A stretch of DNA of 64,000 bases, taken from a virus. Its lineage: Duplodnaviria > Caudoviricetes. A program made the translations under genes and the position numbers. Shown here in pieces: positions 37,081 through 47,404 of the stretch; positions within the stretch are counted from its first letter, which is position 1, and every line of letters starts with the position of its first letter. The stretch lies in IMG/VR virus record IMGVR_UViG_3300021093_000004; one strand, given 5' to 3'. The notes beneath the pieces were generated by a model that saw nothing but the letters and a program-made list of their open reading frames with translations, was not told where the DNA came from and did not search any database.

Positions 37081-39939
37081 ATGCCAGTATACTTAAGTCC
37101 GGGCGTTTTCCCGCGAGAAATCGATCTGAGCGTGTTGCCAACGGCAGTGGGTCCACTTCGGCCAGCATTCATTGGTACTGCCAAGAAAGGGGCAATGAAT
37201 CAGCCGTTGTTTATATCCAATTCTCAACAAGCCCTCGAAACATTCGGCGAACCGTTCCCCGAAAGTTATTTGATGTACGCAGTGCTTGCCTTCTTGGAAG
37301 AAGGTAATCAGTGCTACGTTATGCGGGTCGGTGTTGAATGTGAAGACGGGCAACCAGATGAACTATCTGACATCTGTATCGACACCTCTGGCGGTCGTGG
37401 GAAAGGCTGGGGACGAATTCCTCTTTTCACTGGCATTGATTACGGTCGTATCAATCTTCGCCAAATTTCTGCGGATAGCCCCGTAACGTTCCATAACGCT
37501 GACGTAGCTAATATCGAATACAACGATGTTGATGTGTCCGGCACACACGGTCCAACTAACGCCACTCTCAACACCCTTGGGACCTATACCGGCGAGATCG
37601 ATGACTCTTACGTCATGATTATCGCGTCGGCACCCGACGCTTCGGCATTTGCATCAGTTCAAGGTGCCGCATTCCAAGTTATTCGAAATAGTGACGGTGA
37701 GGTTGTTGCCGAAGGCACGCTCGAAGACGGCAACGATGATGGAATCTCTGAATGGATTCCGATTGGTGATGGTTTGTCGGTTCGAGTGAACGTCACATCT
37801 GGCGTTTTGGACGAAAACGACACCTTCACTTTCACGGTGCAGCCAAATAACCGTTCGTTCTCGGTGTCCGTTGAAGGTGGTTCGGCGACTGTCTACCAGA
37901 TGCCGATTGCATCGTACACCACAGTTGACGACTTTGTTGCCGCGTTCAATGCGGTGATTGTTGCTGGTGGTGAAGATTACTTGATGGTCGAATACACGCT
38001 GGAAGACGGCGATACCGTTATCCCGCAATTGCGAACGACCACCGCTGGCGAACGCATTCAAATTATAACTACCAGTGCGTGGGCGCAGGAAGTCGGAAGT
38101 CAACAATATGCATGGGATATTCCCCGCTCGTACTTGCTTGGTCTCGATGCTGGCCTATATGCGATCACCACGCAAAATAACCGCGTCAAGATCAATGCTA
38201 TTGGCCAATCCGCAACAAAGACCATCGAATTCAATGTGCCTGTTGGTCTGGGCCAGACTGCTGCTGCCATTGCGAATGTCATTGATCTGGCTGGTATCGT
38301 CGCAGGCGACGTTATTTGGGATTCGTTTGAATTGACCGTTCCGGGCGGCAACACCCACGTAGTGATTGTCACATCACCGGGGCATCAGTTTGATACACTC
38401 CATATGCAGGCCAGCTTCTCTAACCTCAAAACATTGCGGTTTGCGGAAGAATTGAACATTCCATATCCGTACAAGCGGGCCTACCGTGGCTTCAACGACA
38501 ATCGGTTGACCTTACCAAATTCTGGCGAAGTTACCGCCGCAACGCCATTGTCCTGCGAAACTGATCCATTTGGTGCTGATTGTGCGGCTGATACAGCCTA
38601 CTTCCAGAATATCGTAGGATGGCTGGTCGCTCCTAGCCCCGGAACATGGGTCGAGGGTGCCTCTGCCACCTTGGAACTGTTCACCGAAGGATTGGGTGAC
38701 TCCGCTGGTCGGTACAAGCTGACCATCAAAGACGCGAACAAGCAAGTTGTTGATATTGTTGAAGACCTGTCATTCGATAAACGAATCGATCGGTACATCG
38801 CCAACGTCATCAATGCAGGAACTGAATATGGCGGAACCAACGGTAACGCCTACATGAACTGGGAAGAACGTCCGGCGTTCTTGAACAACAACGTCAATGA
38901 TCTCTCAACATTTGAAGTGCGGCAGCCGTCGCAACTCAATGAGAAAGAATACCAAGGTCAGGAAAACGGTATTCCGACCGATCCAGCATTTTCTAGCGAA
39001 TTGGATGCTGCGGTGATTGGTAATCCCGCCATCAGTTCTGGAATCTACGCATTTCAGAATCCTGAAACGCTGGATATCAACCTGTTGCTCACACCCGGAT
39101 TCTCAACTGGGGCTGTCATCGGAACGGCATTGCAAATGTGCGAAAGCCGTGGTGACGTGCTTTACATCGTTGACCCACCGTTCGGCCTCCGACCGCAACA
39201 AGTTGTCGATTGGCACAACGGTATGCTCCTTTCTGATCTCCAAGCAGCGATCAACAGCAGCTACGGTGCATTGTACTGGGGCTGGATTCGGGTGTTCGAT
39301 CAGTTCACTGCCGATGAACTTTGGATTCCGCCGTCTGGACACATTTCGGCGGTCTTCTCGCGAACCGCTCGCGAAGCAGAGCAATGGTTCGCTCCTGCCG
39401 GTCTTCGCCGTGGTCGATTGCTCACCGCACTCGATGTCGAATACTCACCGACACAGGGCGAACGCGACTTGCTATACGGTTCTGGCAATTCGGTTAACCC
39501 GATTGTAAAGTTCCCGCAAGACGGAATCACGGTCTGGGGTCAGAGAACTCTCCAAAGATCTCAGTCGGCTCTAAATCGTGTAAACGTCAGAATGCTCTTG
39601 ATCTATGTGAAGAAGAATTTGGTTCGCTTGCTCAGAAACTTCATCTTTGAGCCAAACGACAGAATTCTTTGGAGACAGGTCAAGGCGACGGTTGACCCAT
39701 TCCTTTCTGACATCCAAGCTCGTCGTGGTCTGACGGCTTTCAATGTCGTCGTGGACGAAACGAACAACACGCCGGAAAGAATTGACCGGAACGAGTTGTG
39801 GGTTTCGGTCTTCCTGAAGCCAACGCGAGCCGTTGAATTTATCGTGCTGAACCTTGTGGTTCTCCGAACAGGAGCGAGCTTCTCTGCTGAAGAGGTCTTG
39901 GCTGCTGGCGGCATTGTGACTTCGGCAACAGCCGTATAA
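37081..39939 (+). CDS. contractile tail sheath protein (gp18-like)
   Basis: MPVYLSPGVFPREIDLS; WFAPAGLRRG; VWGQRTL; NVRML; KPTRAVEFI. Confidence 0.97.
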   Translation: MPVYLSPGVFPREIDLSVLPTAVGPLRPAFIGTAKKGAMNQPLFISNSQQALETFGEPFPESYLMYAVLAFLEEGNQCYVMRVGVECEDGQPDELSDICIDTSGGRGKGWGRIPLFTGIDYGRINLRQISADSPVTFHNADVANIEYNDVDVSGTHGPTNATLNTLGTYTGEIDDSYVMIIASAPDASAFASVQGAAFQVIRNSDGEVVAEGTLEDGNDDGISEWIPIGDGLSVRVNVTSGVLDENDTFTFTVQPNNRSFSVSVEGGSATVYQMPIASYTTVDDFVAAFNAVIVAGGEDYLMVEYTLEDGDTVIPQLRTTTAGERIQIITTSAWAQEVGSQQYAWDIPRSYLLGLDAGLYAITTQNNRVKINAIGQSATKTIEFNVPVGLGQTAAAIANVIDLAGIVAGDVIWDSFELTVPGGNTHVVIVTSPGHQFDTLHMQASFSNLKTLRFAEELNIPYPYKRAYRGFNDNRLTLPNSGEVTAATPLSCETDPFGADCAADTAYFQNIVGWLVAPSPGTWVEGASATLELFTEGLGDSAGRYKLTIKDANKQVVDIVEDLSFDKRIDRYIANVINAGTEYGGTNGNAYMNWEERPAFLNNNVNDLSTFEVRQPSQLNEKEYQGQENGIPTDPAFSSELDAAVIGNPAISSGIYAFQNPETLDINLLLTPGFSTGAVIGTALQMCESRGDVLYIVDPPFGLRPQQVVDWHNGMLLSDLQAAINSSYGALYWGWIRVFDQFTADELWIPPSGHISAVFSRTAREAEQWFAPAGLRRGRLLTALDVEYSPTQGERDLLYGSGNSVNPIVKFPQDGITVWGQRTLQRSQSALNRVNVRMLLIYVKKNLVRLLRNFIFEPNDRILWRQVKATVDPFLSDIQARRGLTAFNVVVDETNNTPERIDRNELWVSVFLKPTRAVEFIVLNLVVLRTGASFSAEEVLAAGGIVTSATAV

Positions 39940-39983
39940 TTTAACGGTCGATTGAAAGACTAAATCGAACGTAGGAGTAAAAG

Positions 39984-40571
39984 ATGCCAGGATTTAACGT
40001 TCAACCATTCGGCGGTGGTTATTCTGCCGAAGGACCGTCGAATACGGTTGAAGTGCGGCGTAAGCACCGTTGGGTTTTCGAAACCCTCGGTCGCGGTACG
40101 AGCACCTTCTCCCAAGCTGAACTGTTGGTGCTACAATCGGCGTCCCGGCCAAGCTTCAAGTTTGAAGAAACGGACATGCACCATAACCAAGAACAGGTAT
40201 GGTTTGCTGGTAAGCAGAACTGGGACCCAGTTACCATGGTGTGGTACGACGTTGAACAGTCACCCGATATTTCGCGTGGTATTTACCACTGGTTAGAAAC
40301 CGTGGTGAACATGCAAAGCATCGCGGTAGCACACCCGCGATTCTACAAGAGAACCGCTTCGCTTATTCTGCTCGACGGTACTGGACAAACCACGGAACAA
40401 TGGCAAATGTTTGGTACGTGGCCAGTAACGATCAACTGGCAGGAACTCGATTACACTTCGACGGACCTGATGACCTGCGAAACCACAATGCGATATGATC
40501 GTGCGGTCCGGACGTGCCTTCAGGCTCCAGGCCCGCAACCGATTTCGCCGAACTGCCCACAAGGGAGCTAA
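39984..40571 (+). CDS. tail tube protein (gp19-like)
   Basis: RKHRWVF, RPSF, WFAGKQNWDPVT, WQMFGTWP, LDYTS...MRYD. Confidence 0.9.
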   Translation: MPGFNVQPFGGGYSAEGPSNTVEVRRKHRWVFETLGRGTSTFSQAELLVLQSASRPSFKFEETDMHHNQEQVWFAGKQNWDPVTMVWYDVEQSPDISRGIYHWLETVVNMQSIAVAHPRFYKRTASLILLDGTGQTTEQWQMFGTWPVTINWQELDYTSTDLMTCETTMRYDRAVRTCLQAPGPQPISPNCPQGS

Positions 40572-40599
40572 GCTTCCTAATAACACGTTACGATTCTCA

Positions 40600-40635
40600 A
40601 TGGGACCTGCGATTGCATCAATGGTCCCGTTTTTG
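40600..40635 (+). terminator. intrinsic terminator after tail tube gene
   Basis: GGGACC...GGTCCC stem followed by GTTTTT. Confidence 0.6.
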
Positions 40636-40645
40636 TAGGTATGTT

Positions 40646-41239
40646 ATGCCGGGCTTTTTAATTCCGAATACGCAGCCATGTAATGAAGGATTTAAGGGTC
40701 AATCTGTATATGAAGGTCCTGATCCTAACATGGAATATGCTCGTCGGAACCGATGGATATTAGAGTTTCTCGAGCCATTTGGGGACATAAAAAACGGTAT
40801 ATTGCTCTATGCTCATAAATGCACGAGACCGACACCAGAAATCGAAGAAATTGAAATTCATCATGGACAAGATGTAATATATCGGCCAGGGAAGAATCGC
40901 TGGTATCCAATAGATTTCACGTTTTATGAAAAGGCTCCCGGAACTGGTGATGGCCCACCGACTGAAGACGAAACAGCCAGACGAATTTACGACTGGTGGG
41001 CTAGATCAATGATAAACCTCACTGAATCAAGACATGGAGAACTGGATGACTATCTGAAATATGGCAACCTACAAATGCTCGATGGAAGCGGTATAGGCAT
41101 TTGGGAATATCAATTATACGAATGTTGGCCGCTGAAAGTTTCTCCTTCTGATTTAGACTATGCAGATAGTAATATAGCAGAAATCACAGTAACTCTACGT
41201 TACAATAAAGCTAAAGAGTTCAATGCGCCGAAGCTATAA
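40646..41239 (+). CDS. tail tube paralog 2
   Basis: RRNRWILEF, RPTP, RPGKNRW, WQ-type YECWP, LDYAD...LRYN. Confidence 0.85.
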   Translation: MPGFLIPNTQPCNEGFKGQSVYEGPDPNMEYARRNRWILEFLEPFGDIKNGILLYAHKCTRPTPEIEEIEIHHGQDVIYRPGKNRWYPIDFTFYEKAPGTGDGPPTEDETARRIYDWWARSMINLTESRHGELDDYLKYGNLQMLDGSGIGIWEYQLYECWPLKVSPSDLDYADSNIAEITVTLRYNKAKEFNAPKL

Positions 41240-41256
41240 AGCTAGAGAGCAGTAAT

Positions 41257-41835
41257 ATGCCAGGATTTCAAGTCCAAACATTAGGCAAGCCAGTTCCATC
41301 AACAATTCAATATTATTACACATATACGTGGTCTCTGCCAACAATTTTCGGCATCGGTGCACAAAGTCCGCCATTAGTGCTATTAAAGGAAGCGACAACC
41401 CCGACATTCACCGCGAACAAAGAGAATTACGTTGGATCAAGTCTTGAATACAAGTATGCGAAGAGCATTACTTGGGAAGATATCAAGTTAACATGGTATG
41501 ATAGTGTTGGCTTGATAGATATTATCAGAGGCTGGCGGGAATCTGTTTGGACGCCGAAGGACGGATTAAAGCCAGCCACAGAATATAAACAAACCACTGA
41601 ATTGGAATGCTTCTTGCCTACTGGTAAGAGAACATATGGATGGAAATTGAATGGTAGCTGGCCATCGCAAATTAGATGTGGTGATCTAACCTATACTAAC
41701 AGTGATGTGAAACTCGTCGAAGTCACTGTTTCATATGATTGGGCGGAAGATATCTTCTTCCAGCCAGCAGCATCTCAACAGCCACCTCCGTACGTGAGCC
41801 CGGCATTGGACGGAGGCGGCGTGCCTCTTGGTTGA
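41257..41835 (+). CDS. tail tube paralog 3
   Basis: KEATTPTF, YAKSITWEDI, WKLNGSWP, LTYTN...VSYD. Confidence 0.8.
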   Translation: MPGFQVQTLGKPVPSTIQYYYTYTWSLPTIFGIGAQSPPLVLLKEATTPTFTANKENYVGSSLEYKYAKSITWEDIKLTWYDSVGLIDIIRGWRESVWTPKDGLKPATEYKQTTELECFLPTGKRTYGWKLNGSWPSQIRCGDLTYTNSDVKLVEVTVSYDWAEDIFFQPAASQQPPPYVSPALDGGGVPLG

Positions 41836-41962
41836 CTGGCGAAAAGGTTGGACAGCCAGACCGTCCTGATCTTGTTTAACACGCAATTTCATTTCTTCGC
41901 GATTTCGATGTATATAGAGTCGCTGGTACTTCTATTCTATTCCGCATGGGAAGACGAACAAA

Positions 41963-42991
41963 ATGGCCAACGAAGAAGAAATTAATCTCGATCCGATTGC
42001 CCCATCGCCCAAGCCTTCTTCTGGGGACTCTACCACTCAGGAAGAAATCAACCAGATTTACACTGCTGTTGGTGATTTATCTGGTCTAGTTGGGCCGGGT
42101 GCCACCAATGAGGAATTGCTCACACGTATTCTTCAGGCCCCTGAAGAAAAGCTCATTCCGTGGGAAGAATGCCATCTGCCGAGTCGTGGTATTTATTATG
42201 GCTGGCCAGACGGTACGATCATGGTGAAAGCCATGGGTCAGACCGCCGAAAAGGTGTTGGCGACACAGCGGCTTGCTCAATCGGGACAATCGATTGATTA
42301 TTTGTTCAGAGAATGTTGCAAATTTCCAGACGGATTTGATGCAGCCGACCTGTTGCTTGGCGATCGTGTATTCTTGCTATACTATATTCGTGGTATCACG
42401 CACGGCAACATGTACGAATTTGCGATCACATGTCCGAACCCAGATTGCGGGGCCGTTTCTACTCACACTTATGATCTGAACGAACTGGCTCGCACGGTGG
42501 TGTGGGCCAATCCTGCACTTGGTACTGAACCATTCAAGGTGAAGTTACCCTATCTCAGCAAAGCCACGAATCGCGATTTCTACGTCGGGGTCCGCTTCCT
42601 GAGAGGTGCGGATGCCAATGACATTTTGGCGAAGCGGAAAGCTCGCAAGAAGATGTTCGCTCGCCCCGGTGGTGTTCGGACAAAGGGGACACGCGGTGGA
42701 ATGCCGGTTGATCCTCGACGCCAACAACAGCAAACACAACAGATCGATGACTCAGTGTCCGAAAACATGGGCAAGATCATCGTCAGTGTAATGGGAGTTA
42801 CGGATCACTTCCAGATTCGGCAATTCATTGAAAGGATGCATGCGCAGGATACCGCAGCCGTCCGTGAGTGGCTACGAGATAACACCCCAGGTATTGATAA
42901 TACCGTAACCGTTGAATGCCCAGAGTGTTCACAAGAATTCACGATGGAGCTTCCGATTACGGAATCCTTTTTTCGACCGTCAAAAGCCTGA
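41963..42991 (+). CDS. baseplate hub / tail assembly chaperone, T4 gp26-like
   Basis: LPSRG, LLLGDRVFLLYYIR, CPNPDC, CPEC, ends ESFFRP. Confidence 0.85.
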   Translation: MANEEEINLDPIAPSPKPSSGDSTTQEEINQIYTAVGDLSGLVGPGATNEELLTRILQAPEEKLIPWEECHLPSRGIYYGWPDGTIMVKAMGQTAEKVLATQRLAQSGQSIDYLFRECCKFPDGFDAADLLLGDRVFLLYYIRGITHGNMYEFAITCPNPDCGAVSTHTYDLNELARTVVWANPALGTEPFKVKLPYLSKATNRDFYVGVRFLRGADANDILAKRKARKKMFARPGGVRTKGTRGGMPVDPRRQQQQTQQIDDSVSENMGKIIVSVMGVTDHFQIRQFIERMHAQDTAAVREWLRDNTPGIDNTVTVECPECSQEFTMELPITESFFRPSKA

Positions 42992-43019
42992 GGAATACGA
43001 TAGAGCATACTATAACTTA

Positions 43020-43232
43020 ATGGAACAACAGTTCCAATTGAAGCACCATGGAAACCTGAGTCTATTCGAACAGGCGGCTATGGTCGCTGAAGATCGTGGA
43101 TGGTGGATAAAGCGTCTTGAACGCGAATTTAAAGAGAAGGCTGAACGCGAACACAAGCAAGTTGGTTCTGCACCACGGCCTCGCATGCCTTCTAAACCTA
43201 CCGTTTCTCGCCCATCAATTCCGCGTCGGTAG
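43020..43232 (+). CDS. gp51-like chaperone segment (possibly expressed by frameshift from gp26)
   Basis: MEQQFQLKHHGNLSLFEQAAMVAEDRGWWIKRL resembles the T4-like gp51 pattern. Confidence 0.65.
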   Translation: MEQQFQLKHHGNLSLFEQAAMVAEDRGWWIKRLEREFKEKAEREHKQVGSAPRPRMPSKPTVSRPSIPRR

Positions 43233-43300
43233 CGTTTAAATATACATTATAGTCGATTGGGTGTACCAGTACAAAAATAGGTATAACGGAGAGACCATAT

Positions 43301-44167
43301 ATGAGTTCGACACAACTTGCGAATGCGTTTCCGCGAATATCAGCACGTCGCGGACAGGTTGTGGATTTAAATGTGGACTTCCTACATGCCGGAGTGCTTG
43401 CTGATCCGTTCGCGGTCCGGCATATTGAGATCTATAAGACGCAAGTCGTCCCGCACAATCTGGTCGCCACGATTCCGTTGATGTTGCCGACCGATCCGTT
43501 GTACCCTGCTCCGGTGATTCGAGAGTATGAGGATGCTGAAACTGGCGAGTGTTGCACAGAACCAACAGCAGACACAATTCCCATTGCTGGCAAATACCAC
43601 TTACCATATCTGATTCCTACAGACTTCGGTGTGCCGGATGTTTACTTTGACGTCTGGTATTACTTTGCGGATAATCCGTGCGGTGAGTTAGGAACGTCCG
43701 GAACCGAATGTGATATCGATGATCCTCAATATGACGAATTCTTGTTGAAATGCTGCCACCGATTCTGGATTTATCCAGACGAGTGGATGTGCGACGATAA
43801 ATTACAGACCATACGATTTGGTTTTGAGCCGCTGGATCAGAAATTCCATCAGCCCGAATATCGTCCGTTAGAAATCGGGTTAATGCCGCTTCCGCTATAT
43901 GACTATAATTTCAATTTAGTCAACCCGATGATTCCGTTCTTGCAACCGACGATCACGATTGAAACACAACACAACGAGTTACTAGTTGATAATGACGTTT
44001 GCCGCATTGGTGTGCGACAGGGATCATATCGTTCTAATCCTTGGGTAATTCAGTACGATCTCGATACTACCAGATTTTTGAAGGGAACGTATCGATACTA
44101 CATTACCTTGAGATTACCTAACGGTGGCACTCGTGTCAGCCGTAAGTTCATCTTTACGGTTGCTTAG
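43301..44167 (+). CDS. hypothetical protein, probably structural
   Basis: 288-aa beta-rich ORF in tail module; GGAG SD. Confidence 0.65.
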   Translation: MSSTQLANAFPRISARRGQVVDLNVDFLHAGVLADPFAVRHIEIYKTQVVPHNLVATIPLMLPTDPLYPAPVIREYEDAETGECCTEPTADTIPIAGKYHLPYLIPTDFGVPDVYFDVWYYFADNPCGELGTSGTECDIDDPQYDEFLLKCCHRFWIYPDEWMCDDKLQTIRFGFEPLDQKFHQPEYRPLEIGLMPLPLYDYNFNLVNPMIPFLQPTITIETQHNELLVDNDVCRIGVRQGSYRSNPWVIQYDLDTTRFLKGTYRYYITLRLPNGGTRVSRKFIFTVA

Positions 44168-44178
44168 GGAGTAGATCA

Positions 44179-44700
44179 ATGTCAGATTCAGCGAGATCTC
44201 AGTCGCTTCAGATGGTTATTGGCGGGATACAAGAAGGACGTGCTAACCTCAGGAAAATCAAAAAACTCACGGAACGTTTGGATACTGAATGCGAGATCGG
44301 CGAAGTAGGTTTAATTAATTTCTGGAATTTATCTCCGGATATGTTCGTTGTGGCATCAACGGACGGAAGATTCCTAGAGATCAATGATTCATGGACGAGT
44401 GTACTGGGGTGGACAAAGGATGAATTATTATCAACCTCGTGGTTTGATTTTATCCATCCAAACGACGTACGTCCGACACGAGAAGTTATCGGACATATGA
44501 CGACCAACACGTTACTCCGCTTTCACAACCGGTACAGAAAGAAGTCAGGCGGATATGTCTCTTTGGAATGGAGTGCGACTCAGTGGCGTGATGGGAAATG
44601 TTACGCTGTCGCACGGCCTGTTCCATCCTTATGCCTAACCTGTCCCGAAGCGGCATCACGGTTCGGCTTTGAGGTGGAACCACATGGCGAGCACAGATAA
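44179..44700 (+). CDS. stand-alone PAS domain protein
   Basis: NLSPDMFVVASTDGRFLEINDSWTSVLGWTKDELL...FIHPND...RYRKKSGGYVSLEW. Confidence 0.92.
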   Translation: MSDSARSQSLQMVIGGIQEGRANLRKIKKLTERLDTECEIGEVGLINFWNLSPDMFVVASTDGRFLEINDSWTSVLGWTKDELLSTSWFDFIHPNDVRPTREVIGHMTTNTLLRFHNRYRKKSGGYVSLEWSATQWRDGKCYAVARPVPSLCLTCPEAASRFGFEVEPHGEHR

Positions 44701-45106
44701 ACCCGGTGATACGTGGGCAGAGTATCGTCGTCTGGTTCTCGCTGAATTAGAACGGCTTGATGTCGCTGTATGCAAACTCGCTGAAACCAATCTCGAACAT
44801 GAAAGAGAACTGGTTGAGACTCTATCCGCATGCAAGACCGAACTGATTGAGAGATTACAGACTCTCAAAGAAATGATCGAAGATCGGCATAGACGAATAG
44901 TCGAAGATGTCAAAGCTGAATTAGAGACGAAAGAAAAGCATGATATTGACGAATTGAAGACTCTGATCAAAGCAGTGGAGGATTCTTACCACAAAGCATC
45001 AGCCGAAATTAAGGTAATTAAGGCAAAAGCCGCACTCTTTGGCTTCTTGGCCGGACTTGCCATTGCGATAGCCTCACTTGTGGCGAAATTTGTGTGGGGC
45101 AAATAG
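44684..45106 (+). CDS. coiled-coil protein with C-terminal TM helix (holin-like)
   Basis: GAGGTGG SD; ends AALFGFLAGLAIAIASLVAKFVWGK. Confidence 0.6.
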   Translation: MASTDKPGDTWAEYRRLVLAELERLDVAVCKLAETNLEHERELVETLSACKTELIERLQTLKEMIEDRHRRIVEDVKAELETKEKHDIDELKTLIKAVEDSYHKASAEIKVIKAKAALFGFLAGLAIAIASLVAKFVWGK

Positions 45107-45121
45107 CTGTATTAAAGATGT

Positions 45122-46243
45122 ATGCGATATGACCTCAGTCAATTTCGTTCCAATGCTGTTGGTGGTGTGTCTATTCCACCCGCGAAGATTATTGCATGGA
45201 TTACGAAACACTTCCAGTTCAAGACCCGAAAGGGTGGAGCAGAATATTGTATAAATAATCCGTTCGATGACGATACTGGGTATAATTTCAATATTAATCC
45301 GGAAAAAGCACGATGCCATGATTGGCGTGGCGATGAGTGGGCTGGCCCTATAAATCCGGAAACCAATCGTCGCAATTGCTCATTTATAAAATTTGTTAGA
45401 TTATACAAGAAATGCCGATATGCAGAAGCTGTCTCGGACGTTCTCGGTACCGCCGTTGACATTCGCTTCTATCTCAGGCCCGAAAACCGGCTTACCGATC
45501 AGACGGCCAAGAAAAAGATCGCCGTAGCCCTTCCTGCTGGCGTTGAACAATTAGCTTCATCGACGGACCGTCAAGCGAAGCTTTTGATCCACTGGTTAGG
45601 TACAAGAGGGTATACCAAAGACGACATCACCAAGAATGATATACACCATCTTGGAATGGATGTTTATTGGCCATACTATGAGTTCGACACACTCGTGTAC
45701 TGGCAAAGCCGGTCTCGGCTTAATAAGCGGTTCAATTTTCCATCTTTGGATGTGTACAACGAATCCGGCAAAGTCGTCGGACAGGTCGATGGGACCAAAG
45801 GAGACTTTTTGTATGGGTTTGATGATGTCGAACCGGCTAGCTATGTTATTATAACTGAAGCGATTTTTGATAAGCATACGCTTGGGGACCAAACGATAGC
45901 ATCGGGTGGTGCAATTCTTACCCCGAAACAAATCGGGAAACTGAAGATTTTGGGGCCGCGTAATGGCATTATTCTGGCTCCAGACAATGATGTCGCTGGA
46001 CTGAAAAGTGTTATTTCAAATTATCAGTTGCTATCATCACACGGATTCAATACCTATTATAGCATTCCACCATCCTTAGAATACGAGCGTGATGGCGAGA
46101 AACGATATACGAAAGATTGGAATGAAATAGGACAATTTGTTACCAGCTTCGATAAGGTACGTAAACTGCATGACGATGGAATTCGGAAGATTACCGAAGA
46201 AGCCTTAGTCGAATTAGATGAACGGATCGCATGTTTAAAATAA
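45122..46243 (+). CDS. DnaG-like primase (TOPRIM)
   Basis: YWQSR, ITEAIFD, APDNDVAG. Confidence 0.8.
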   Translation: MRYDLSQFRSNAVGGVSIPPAKIIAWITKHFQFKTRKGGAEYCINNPFDDDTGYNFNINPEKARCHDWRGDEWAGPINPETNRRNCSFIKFVRLYKKCRYAEAVSDVLGTAVDIRFYLRPENRLTDQTAKKKIAVALPAGVEQLASSTDRQAKLLIHWLGTRGYTKDDITKNDIHHLGMDVYWPYYEFDTLVYWQSRSRLNKRFNFPSLDVYNESGKVVGQVDGTKGDFLYGFDDVEPASYVIITEAIFDKHTLGDQTIASGGAILTPKQIGKLKILGPRNGIILAPDNDVAGLKSVISNYQLLSSHGFNTYYSIPPSLEYERDGEKRYTKDWNEIGQFVTSFDKVRKLHDDGIRKITEEALVELDERIACLK

Positions 46244-46470
46244 TTTCTGTTACTGAACATGAAGATAATCAAACGCGATCGATAATATCTGTATGTGAAA
46301 TTCCTAACCTTGGGTGCATTGTTCGCACCCAGTCACAGGCTGAGGGAAGTATCAGCGAGGCACTGGTGTTTGTCCCAAATGTTAAGCTTGGGGACAAAAC
46401 ATTAATATCGGTTCCGCTGATACCGGACGGGCCGATAGAAGTGGAACCGAATGCCGCATACGGGGAATGA
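46231..46470 (+). CDS. small hypothetical protein
   Basis: 79-aa coupled ORF. Confidence 0.6.
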   Translation: MFKIISVTEHEDNQTRSIISVCEIPNLGCIVRTQSQAEGSISEALVFVPNVKLGDKTLISVPLIPDGPIEVEPNAAYGE

Positions 46471-46664
46471 TGCGGCTGTTACGCAATCGATGGCTTTGAA
46501 TTTTTCTCGGAATGGTGGCATCGTGCGAGTTCCGAAGTGAAGAAAAGCTGTGCTGATTGTTGGTCCTTTGGTTTTGTTAGTCCAATCTGCGGATGACAGC
46601 GATAGTGATTTAATTGCTACCTGCCATACCTGATCTAATCACTGATTTCAATATCAGAGCCGAA

Positions 46665-47255
46665 TTAATCGCCCGACATTGAACGTCCGACAGCTTCCTC
46701 CACTTTTTCGGTGAGTTCGTATAACGGATCTGTCTTTCTGATGGTAGAAAGATTCTGTGGGGTACGAACTTCGTAGGCTTGCTCGAGAGCGAAAAGAACG
46801 GTGAACTTGGTTCGTCCACCATATTCTTTACGTGTTTCGATTTCAACGACCAATCCTGGATTGCAGGATGGGTCCATCAACCGGTCTTCGCTGATGGTAC
46901 TGAATCCGTGAAGACCGATTCCGTGGGCGTCTTGGTGCAGTTCGACCCACTTGAAGTTGTGGCACTTGTTCTGCGTACCCACAATAGCAGCCTCGATAGC
47001 CATTCTATCGAGTGTGGCTCGATCAATGGGTTTGTATCCGTCCCGCCGCTGCCCGGAGATTTTGGTTTCGACGAATCGAGCGGCTGAATAGTCGGCGGCA
47101 AATGGTTCAGTTTTCGCTTGACCCTTCGTTCCGATCCGGCCCCATCGTCGTGTGACGGTTTTGGTTGCTAAGTCGTATACAATCGTCCAAAATTTGTTGT
47201 GGCCGGTACCTTGATGGACGAACAATTGTTCGTCTTTGTACTTGTCTCCCCACAT
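46665..47255 (-). CDS. WGR-domain protein
   Basis: HNKFW...VTRRWGRIGTKGQ...GY; GGAGGA SD. Confidence 0.88.
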   Translation of the reverse strand: MWGDKYKDEQLFVHQGTGHNKFWTIVYDLATKTVTRRWGRIGTKGQAKTEPFAADYSAARFVETKISGQRRDGYKPIDRATLDRMAIEAAIVGTQNKCHNFKWVELHQDAHGIGLHGFSTISEDRLMDPSCNPGLVVEIETRKEYGGRTKFTVLFALEQAYEVRTPQNLSTIRKTDPLYELTEKVEEAVGRSMSGD

Positions 47256-47404
47256 AGTAAATCCTCCTGGTAACATAGGATGGTAACGTCGATGTTATGT
47301 GACGATGACTTCTATATTGGTTAAATACAGTGATATGACATACTTAATTATTTTCGGAATCCATATTATTTTAGCAAGCATCCGGATCTCGAATTGATCA
47401 AGAG

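Noticed and set aside
47270-47300. Near-palindrome TAACGTCGATGTTA and ATAACATGTTAT at 49451 as operators
   Set aside because: Short, AT-rich, only two loosely related copies, no regulator identified
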